A stretch of DNA of 64,000 nt from contig OZ255836.1 in NCBI GenBank assembly GCA_965277715.1, positions 1,536,001 to 1,600,000 of the forward strand, written 5' to 3'. Position numbers and translations under genes: made by a program. Numbering within the stretch: position 1 is the first letter of the stretch; every line of letters starts with the position of its first letter. The notes under the pieces were generated by a model. The model was not told the DNA's origin. It did not search any database and saw nothing but the letters and a program-made list of their open reading frames with translations. Positions 57,092 to 64,000 of this stretch are shown one piece after another. This stretch comes from Gammaproteobacteria bacterium. GTDB taxonomy: Bacteria; Pseudomonadota; Gammaproteobacteria; JBCCGL01.

Positions 57092-58519
57092 ATGTCTGAT
57101 TTAAACGTGCTCTTTCTCTTCAGCGATGAACACCAGCGGGATGCGCTCGGTTGCTACGGTCACCCACTTGTCCAGACACCCCACCTGGATGCACTCGCCA
57201 GGCGTGGCACCCGCTTCAGTAACGCCTACACACCCTCCCCCGTTTGCGTACCGGCACGCGCCTCGCTGGCAAGCGGTGAATACGTGCACACCACCCGCTG
57301 TTGGGGTAATGCACAAGCCTACCAGGGCGAGCCTCAAAGCTGGGGGCACAAGCTACAGGCCCAGGGTCACCGCGTCGATGCCATAGGCAAACTCCATTAC
57401 CGGGGCAAGGAATACAACAATGGTTTTGATGAGGAAATACTGCCGTTGTATATCCGCAACGGGCAAGGCTGGATAAAAGGCCTGCTACGCGATCACGAAG
57501 CAGTTATCGACTGCTCCCATTACGCCACGCAAATCGGCCCTGGCGATGACAGCTACACCGACTACGACCTCGGCGTTACCCGTGCCGCCTGCGACTGGCT
57601 GAAGAATAAAAATAACACGGGTAGCGGCAAACCCTGGGCCTTGTTTGTATCCTGGCTACGCCCCCACTACCCGCTGACTTGCCCCCCGGCGTTTTACAAT
57701 TTATACCCCCAGGAGACGATGGACAGCGCACGCTTTACCGATATACAACAACACGCACAACACCCGGTACTCCAGGCCATTCGCAAAAATTTTAACTACG
57801 ACAACTACTTTACCGAAAGCACCCGCCAAATCGCCCGCGCCTCATACTACGGACTGTGCAGCTTCCTCGATGCACAGATAGGTCAGGTCATTGCCGCGCT
57901 CAAGGCCAGCGGCCAACTGGACAATACATTAATCATTTATACCAGTGACCACGGTGATCACAATGGCGACCGCAGCCTGTGGACAAAGATGACCCTATAC
58001 GATGAATCAGCGGCGATACCTCTGATTATTGCCGGGCAGGGCATCCCCCAGGGAAAAGTCACCGCGACACTGGCTTCACTGATCGACATTTACCCCAGTA
58101 TTTTATCCGCCACCGGCGCTGAAGATGATGGCAAAGACCGCCCCGGCATTGCCTTGCAAACCCTCGCTGGGCAGCCGGATTTTGACCGCGCCATCCTCAG
58201 CGAATACCACGACGGCGGCTCCCCCACCGGGATGTTTATGCTGCGCAATGCGCGCTGGAAATACAACTACTACCCCGGTTATGCACCGGCTTTATACGAC
58301 ATGCACTATGACCCGGACGAATTGACCGACCTCGGTGAATCTGACATCCACACCGACATTCGCACACAGTGTCACGCACAAATGTTGACGCTGGTCGATC
58401 CAGAGGCTGCTAACAAACGGGCATTTGCCGACCAGGCCGCCCGCATTGAATCACTTGGTGGTATTCAAGCGGTGTTAAATTCCGGTGAATTTGATTTCAC
58501 GCCAGTTGAGACTGATTAA
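57092..58519 (+). CDS. Sulfatase (choline-sulfatase-like)
   Basis: SDEH, CVPARAS (CxPxR), GKLH, PHYP and SDHG. Confidence 0.9.
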   Translation: MSDLNVLFLFSDEHQRDALGCYGHPLVQTPHLDALARRGTRFSNAYTPSPVCVPARASLASGEYVHTTRCWGNAQAYQGEPQSWGHKLQAQGHRVDAIGKLHYRGKEYNNGFDEEILPLYIRNGQGWIKGLLRDHEAVIDCSHYATQIGPGDDSYTDYDLGVTRAACDWLKNKNNTGSGKPWALFVSWLRPHYPLTCPPAFYNLYPQETMDSARFTDIQQHAQHPVLQAIRKNFNYDNYFTESTRQIARASYYGLCSFLDAQIGQVIAALKASGQLDNTLIIYTSDHGDHNGDRSLWTKMTLYDESAAIPLIIAGQGIPQGKVTATLASLIDIYPSILSATGAEDDGKDRPGIALQTLAGQPDFDRAILSEYHDGGSPTGMFMLRNARWKYNYYPGYAPALYDMHYDPDELTDLGESDIHTDIRTQCHAQMLTLVDPEAANKRAFADQAARIESLGGIQAVLNSGEFDFTPVETD

Positions 58520-58820
58520 CTCCAACACAGAAAACGGTAGGCAAACTATCCTGCCTGAATAGCGCGGCGAAATGCACAATTAAGTTTACCTATGACATCG
58601 TGTTCCGCTTCTGCGGCGCGGAGCCTTATGAGGATTTTCCGGCGTATTTGATTGGCAATTGCGTGAGTATAATCTGTGCGCATAGGGGTAACCTAAAGCC
58701 CATACGTAGGGAGTACAACAATACAGCGCTTCCGGCCCTCCCTTATCCTATCCCTAGAAGAAGGAAGGGTTTTTAGGCTCCACTCAACCTGACAGCCAGT
58801 TATTGAAAACCGGATAACTG

Positions 58821-61800
58821 TCAGACTGTATCGGTGATAACAATACTATTACTGATTAAATAGTCCAGCATACGTGCATGATCTCCATCGGTTCCAACAA
58901 CAAAATCAGACCTTGATTTTAACGTAATTAACAAATCAGCATTAGCTTGCGCCGCCGTTAATTGGGCTGCAGCCGTTGTATCCGCCGCGCCCGCCAGAAT
59001 GCCCGCATTTGTCCCGCCGGTGCCATCGTGATCAATATAAAGATTAACACCTGAAACATTGGTTTCAATATAAAGATAATCAGCAAGATTACCAATATTC
59101 AGGCTCGCACCATTTACATTGATGGTATTTTGATTTTCTCCTTCCAGTAAGTCACGTAAATTCAATACATCCTTACCATCGCGGTCATCCTCCGCAAAAC
59201 GACCAGAAAAACTATTCATCAATATACCGGGTATCACCACCTCATCAAAACGACGGAAATCCATAACAATATCGGTATCCCGGTTCGCTGCGCCTGCCGT
59301 GCCGTGGTCACCGACACCCCACACCAAAATGTCATCGCCTCCATTACTGTAAATGGTATCGCTGCCGGAACCGCCACGAATAATATCGTCTGAGTCCTGT
59401 GCGCCATCTACAGAATTACTACCAACAGCCCCTTCTACATCGTTGGTTTCCAGTATGTTGTACTGCACCTGCTGATCACCCTTGATCACATCATCGCCAT
59501 CCTGGCCATAGAGTATGTCAGCGCCTGCACCACCGTAAATTTCGTCGTTTCCAGTACCTGTATTAGTATCACTACCACTGTTTATCCCAGCCACATTACC
59601 CGCAGCAATCGCATTAGTATTAGAACCACCGTAAATAGTATCAACGCCCTCCCAGCCATGAAGATAATCGTTGCCAGCAAGGCCTGAAATCGTATCATTA
59701 CCTCCCTCACCGGCAATACTGTCTGCCGCCGCAGTACCCATAATGGCATCTCCACCCGCAGTGGCTCCAGAAGTCGCTCCGCCTTGATTATCAACCAGGA
59801 GTATGCCGTTTTCGATTAGGTTTTCAATTCTCTGCGCATTGGTTGTCGCCCCTCCGTAAAGGTTGCTAATATCGGCAGAGTTTGAATTCACATCAATCTG
59901 CAGGTTAAACTCAGAAGCCGGTAGCCCTCCTGTCCCGGCAACATTCACCCTCAAGAATGCCTCGCCTACTGAACCTACATCAATATAGCTCGCCAGGTTA
60001 CCTATACCCGTGACATTGCTTGCATCCCCTTCATAATACTCCCCAATCAGTAAATCCCGCAGGTCAATCACATCAAGTTCACTGGCCAAAAGGCCAGCGC
60101 CATCGTTAGTATTAAAACCGATAAGCTCAACACCCGCAAAATTAGCATTGGCTACCGTACTTAAAACACCAGCCGTATTTCTACCCCAGACAAAAGAATC
60201 ATTACCATTGATAGTTTGATTATTAGCATTCCCACCAAACGCATAGAGACCTGGTGCTGCATAAAATACGTCGTTAGTTGTCGTATTTTGTGCGCGTACG
60301 TGGTGAGTTGAGCCAGTAGAGCCTGTAGCCTCGCCTCTAGCTGCATTTCCAGCCGCAATAAAAATATTGTTGAAGTTATTGCCCAGGAAGCTGTCCGTAA
60401 AAGCCGTACCAGTTGTATACGCTTGCCTGGAAATGACTGTATCTAGAGCCGTAGCACCAACACCATTGTTAGCGCCAGAACTAAAATCAATTAAAGTATC
60501 AAGAGTAAAGGCAGTTGGGCTGGTAATTTCTATTGTTACATCAGAAAACCCGTTGTAGTCTAAAGTCTCAACAGTTATACCCTGGCTCGTATTGGCATAT
60601 AAAATTGTACCGTGTTCAGTAATTCTCAAGGTATCATTGCCGCCTCCCCCTGAATAACCATGAAGTTGAGTAAGAGCGGTGTTAACAAAATTAAGCGTAG
60701 TGTCAGAATAATCATTATCAGTATTACGCTGACGACGAACAAAAAATACATCGTCTCCCTCACCTCCAGTAAAAAGAGTCAAGGAGGTGTCATAGAGCAT
60801 ATCGTTTCCATCGCCACCTGTGAGCGTGTCGAATCCAAGATTACCATAAATAATATCATCACCTGCTCCACCATTGATTGTATCGCTACCAGCAGTCTCC
60901 AGCTCCGTATTCGGAGTGAAAAGGTAAAAAATCCGACTAGTATTCAGGTTGATTAACTGGGTGCCACCACCATCTGAATCGTTTTCTGTGGTAATAACAT
61001 CTAAACGTAGATCAAAATCTATAGACGTTGATATCAAGTCAGCATGTTCCTGATCTATCGCTATCACGTGAATGGACGCCAAGTCCCAGTTTTGCCCAGA
61101 ACTACCAACAGTATCCGGTCCGAGGTTAACCGAGTGGGTGCCATCGGTCGTCTCATTACCGTTATTATCCCGTACGACAACGCCATTGGGGATATTCCTT
61201 AATACAATACTGGTGATCGTCTCACTGCCATCCGTATCAAGCGGCCTTATCGGGGATCGATTCGGCATCGTACCAATGGTGAAAGAAATCGGGAACACCT
61301 CACCATTATGATCGCCGTAAATAGTATCATTCCCACTACCGCCTGTTACAGTGTCATTACCCACACCTGCAAAAATAACGGTTGGTGTAGAACCGGAAAC
61401 CACAATGGTATCCGCATTAGTAGTCCCTATTCTCACATCGACACCTGGACCAAAAATAGTGGTTGGCAGATCAAGTATGCCTGAAAACTGAGCCTCGGGT
61501 ACACGAGCAAGATCTACCCCGTCAATGGCAGGGTTGACGTTAATAGTCCCGGTAGCGGGGTTCAGATTAAAGTCTTCACCGGTATTCTGTACGCTAAAGG
61601 TAAAGCTGCTGCCGTCTACATCCGAGTTCAGATTGGAAAGGTAGCTGAGTTGTCCTGCATCCAACTGCGCACGCGTAATGACATCGGCTGCGCTTACCGC
61701 CTCGCCTGCATCAACAACGCTATCGTTATCCTCATCTAAAAATAACGTACCGTTGTTTATCCCCAATGTATCAATACGGATATTGGCAAGAGCAGCATTG

Positions 61801-64000
61801 CCGCCAAAGTTAGCAAGGGTCAAGTCCAGCGCAACATCCTCAGTGGCGACCGCAGTAAAATTTGCAGGATCATTTGTGACAGGGATCGTTTGAATTGTCG
61901 CCACCGCAGCGGCGGCAGTGCTCAACGTAAGCGCATCAATTCCTGCGATGGCAAAGGTACGAACCACGCCATCAAATGCGCTATTACGAAAATGTGTTGC
62001 GTTCAGGAAAGCTCTGGCCTCTACTGTCGAGAGGTTCCCTGTATCACGGGCTACCGTTAAAACATCGCCGGTGCCATTGTAAGCCAGGTTATACGTCACG
62101 CCATTGATCACAACGGTTTGTGAATCAGTGCCTGCATTTAAATCGATACTGACATCACCACCATCAACACCGGTAGCACCGCCGTCAATGCGCAATTGAT
62201 CCCCTGTACCCACATTGTTGGCTGTGACGGTCAGGCTGCTGAAGCCATTGCTGGTTGCATCATCGCTGACCGTTAGATCCGTGTCAGTAAGGCGCACACC
62301 TGTGGCACTCTGGACCGTAAGCAAACTTGGAGAATTGGTGTAGTCAATACCCGTAACACTACCGTCTAAATCTATCACCGGCGCCGTATTAACCCGAATT
62401 GTGGCCACGGCACTATTACCGACTGTTGCCGCCCCATCCGTCAGTTGCACCGCCAGTGTTCTGTCACCCGAGGTGGGGCTAGTGGCGGTATTTTGGTAGG
62501 TTATCGAATTGAGAATATCATCTACCAGGGCTTCGTTAATCACGGCATCACTTGGCCCGGTTATGGTAATGCTCGCCGTTGATGCTGTTACATTAGTCAC
62601 AGTAACCTCAACGTTATTCGCACTAACCGTAATGGTCTGATCTGCCACCGCTGTACCCAGAGCAAAATTTACACCACCAATGTTGAGTATCTCGCTATCA
62701 CCATCCTGCAAACCACCAACGGTAAAGGTGATTACACTGATCGTGTCAACATCAATGGCATCCGCCCCACTGCTGTTGGTGAGACTGACGGCAGTATTGG
62801 CTGCATTATCATTGAAAACAACGCTGGTCGTGGTTGCCCCTGCTCCCGTTGTAACAAAATTATCAGTGTTGATATCCCAATCAACACGCGGTGTATCCGC
62901 TATACCGTTTATGGTGATGGTTAAGGTCGTCGTCGAGCTGTCGCCATCACCATCGGTGATCTGATAAGTAAACGTATCCGTAAGGCTATCGCCTGCCCCT
63001 AGCCCGTTGACGGTGGCATTACTGTCATCCAGGTCATAGCTGTAACTGCCGTCTGCGTTGATGCTCAGTGCCCCGTACATGCCTGCCACAGGGTTTAATA
63101 GCGCGCCCGGCGTGCCGCTGCCCGCCACTATACCGCTCACCGCGCCACCATCGGCACCCAGGGTATCGGCACTATCCGTCAGCACGTTGCCGGTTATATT
63201 CGCTGCCTGCGCGGTCGCTGTACCTTCGGTTACGCTGTTGGTATCCGCCACCGCTGTCGGTGTGTCATCAACAATGCCTATCAGCAGATTAGACGTGCTG
63301 GTTTGACCATCGGTTTCGGTCAGGGTCAGCGCAAAGTTGTCTGTCTCAGGCGTTGTTGCATTGCCTACATCCGTAGTTGCACCCGCCAGGGTATAGCTAT
63401 AATTCACTACGCCTGTGCCACTGTTAAAACCCGTAATGGACAACGTGCCGTTACTACCGGTTATCGTCACTGGAGAACTGGATGTAGCCGCCAATTGCGC
63501 TGCCATGATGGTCGTACCGCCCACCTGCAAGCTGATCAAACCATCCGGGGTGCTTAGCGTAAACATGCCCGTTGTCGTTTCACCCGTTCCTCCCGCATTG
63601 GAACCGTTGCTTAAATCACTTTCCAGTACCTGTGCATCAGTGCCGGCAATAACGCCGGTATTATCGATCAGGTTATTTATCGTTGGCGCACCGTCATCGG
63701 CACCGTTTATGGTAATGGTTAAGGTCGTCGTCGAGCTGTCGCCATCACCATCGGTGATCTGATAAGTAAACGTATCCGTAAGGCTACCGCCTGCCCCTAG
63801 CCCGTTGACGGTCGCATTACTGTCATCCAGGTCATAGCTGTAGCTGCCGTCTGCGTTGATGCTCAGTGCCCCATACATGCCCGTCACCGGGTTTGATAGC
63901 ACGCCCGGCGTGCCGCTGCCCGCCACTATACCGCTCACCGCGCCACCACTGGCTGCACCATCGGCACCCAGGGTATCGTCGGCACTGTCCGTCAGCACGT
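58821..64000 (-). CDS. Large T1SS-secreted RTX adhesin, 5' end outside window
   Basis: VCBS/cadherin-like repeats, many GGxGxD nonapeptides, C-terminal DVLNLRDLL secretion-type domain. Confidence 0.9.
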   Translation of the reverse strand, partial: VLTDSADDTLGADGAASGGAVSGIVAGSGTPGVLSNPVTGMYGALSINADGSYSYDLDDSNATVNGLGAGGSLTDTFTYQITDGDGDSSTTTLTITINGADDGAPTINNLIDNTGVIAGTDAQVLESDLSNGSNAGGTGETTTGMFTLSTPDGLISLQVGGTTIMAAQLAATSSSPVTITGSNGTLSITGFNSGTGVVNYSYTLAGATTDVGNATTPETDNFALTLTETDGQTSTSNLLIGIVDDTPTAVADTNSVTEGTATAQAANITGNVLTDSADTLGADGGAVSGIVAGSGTPGALLNPVAGMYGALSINADGSYSYDLDDSNATVNGLGAGDSLTDTFTYQITDGDGDSSTTTLTITINGIADTPRVDWDINTDNFVTTGAGATTTSVVFNDNAANTAVSLTNSSGADAIDVDTISVITFTVGGLQDGDSEILNIGGVNFALGTAVADQTITVSANNVEVTVTNVTASTASITITGPSDAVINEALVDDILNSITYQNTATSPTSGDRTLAVQLTDGAATVGNSAVATIRVNTAPVIDLDGSVTGIDYTNSPSLLTVQSATGVRLTDTDLTVSDDATSNGFSSLTVTANNVGTGDQLRIDGGATGVDGGDVSIDLNAGTDSQTVVINGVTYNLAYNGTGDVLTVARDTGNLSTVEARAFLNATHFRNSAFDGVVRTFAIAGIDALTLSTAAAAVATIQTIPVTNDPANFTAVATEDVALDLTLANFGGNAALANIRIDTLGINNGTLFLDEDNDSVVDAGEAVSAADVITRAQLDAGQLSYLSNLNSDVDGSSFTFSVQNTGEDFNLNPATGTINVNPAIDGVDLARVPEAQFSGILDLPTTIFGPGVDVRIGTTNADTIVVSGSTPTVIFAGVGNDTVTGGSGNDTIYGDHNGEVFPISFTIGTMPNRSPIRPLDTDGSETITSIVLRNIPNGVVVRDNNGNETTDGTHSVNLGPDTVGSSGQNWDLASIHVIAIDQEHADLISTSIDFDLRLDVITTENDSDGGGTQLINLNTSRIFYLFTPNTELETAGSDTINGGAGDDIIYGNLGFDTLTGGDGNDMLYDTSLTLFTGGEGDDVFFVRRQRNTDNDYSDTTLNFVNTALTQLHGYSGGGGNDTLRITEHGTILYANTSQGITVETLDYNGFSDVTIEITSPTAFTLDTLIDFSSGANNGVGATALDTVISRQAYTTGTAFTDSFLGNNFNNIFIAAGNAARGEATGSTGSTHHVRAQNTTTNDVFYAAPGLYAFGGNANNQTINGNDSFVWGRNTAGVLSTVANANFAGVELIGFNTNDGAGLLASELDVIDLRDLLIGEYYEGDASNVTGIGNLASYIDVGSVGEAFLRVNVAGTGGLPASEFNLQIDVNSNSADISNLYGGATTNAQRIENLIENGILLVDNQGGATSGATAGGDAIMGTAAADSIAGEGGNDTISGLAGNDYLHGWEGVDTIYGGSNTNAIAAGNVAGINSGSDTNTGTGNDEIYGGAGADILYGQDGDDVIKGDQQVQYNILETNDVEGAVGSNSVDGAQDSDDIIRGGSGSDTIYSNGGDDILVWGVGDHGTAGAANRDTDIVMDFRRFDEVVIPGILMNSFSGRFAEDDRDGKDVLNLRDLLEGENQNTINVNGASLNIGNLADYLYIETNVSGVNLYIDHDGTGGTNAGILAGAADTTAAAQLTAAQANADLLITLKSRSDFVVGTDGDHARMLDYLISNSIVITDTV
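62904..64000. repeat. Near-identical ~290-bp intragenic repeats
   Basis: 62904-63188 matches 63702-64000, starting 798 bp apart. Confidence 0.9.

Noticed and set aside
58520-58820. Possible ncRNA or gene remnant between the sulfatase and adhesin genes
   Set aside because: No recognisable structure or motif
1-64000. Numerous antisense and nested ORFs in the track; tRNA and rRNA genes
   Set aside because: Shadow ORFs overlap well-supported genes; no RNA gene was recognised

Overview
Positions 1-31871 are a transposable (Mu-like, B3/BcepMu-type) contractile-tailed prophage whose left end lies outside the window. Its right end (...GCGCTACA, 31871) interrupts a phytanoyl-CoA dioxygenase gene. 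The layout is unusual. A central repressor separates a leftward arm (ner, transposase A/B, gam, gemA, mor, then terminases, portal, endolysin, holin) from a rightward arm (protease, capsid, tail, baseplate). Each late arm starts at an identical CCGGGAA-N4-TTCCCGG dyad 35 nt before an ATG. A 357-bp integron-type cassette with a complete attC sits in the tail module. The rest looks like gammaproteobacterial chromosome: gene remnants, an RND pump, dksA-gluQ, an attC relic with an IS3-disrupted hicB, aceE/aceF, a sulfatase and the 3' part of a large RTX adhesin. It also holds an eight-gene envelope cluster: a MotA/ExbB channel, two MotB/ExbD-like VWA proteins, PEGA and FGE-fold proteins, a lipoprotein and an unannotated 41-aa secreted micropeptide. 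The best novelty candidates are the phage-borne cassette and this putative proton-driven envelope machine. All calls come from motif recognition by eye; no searches were run.
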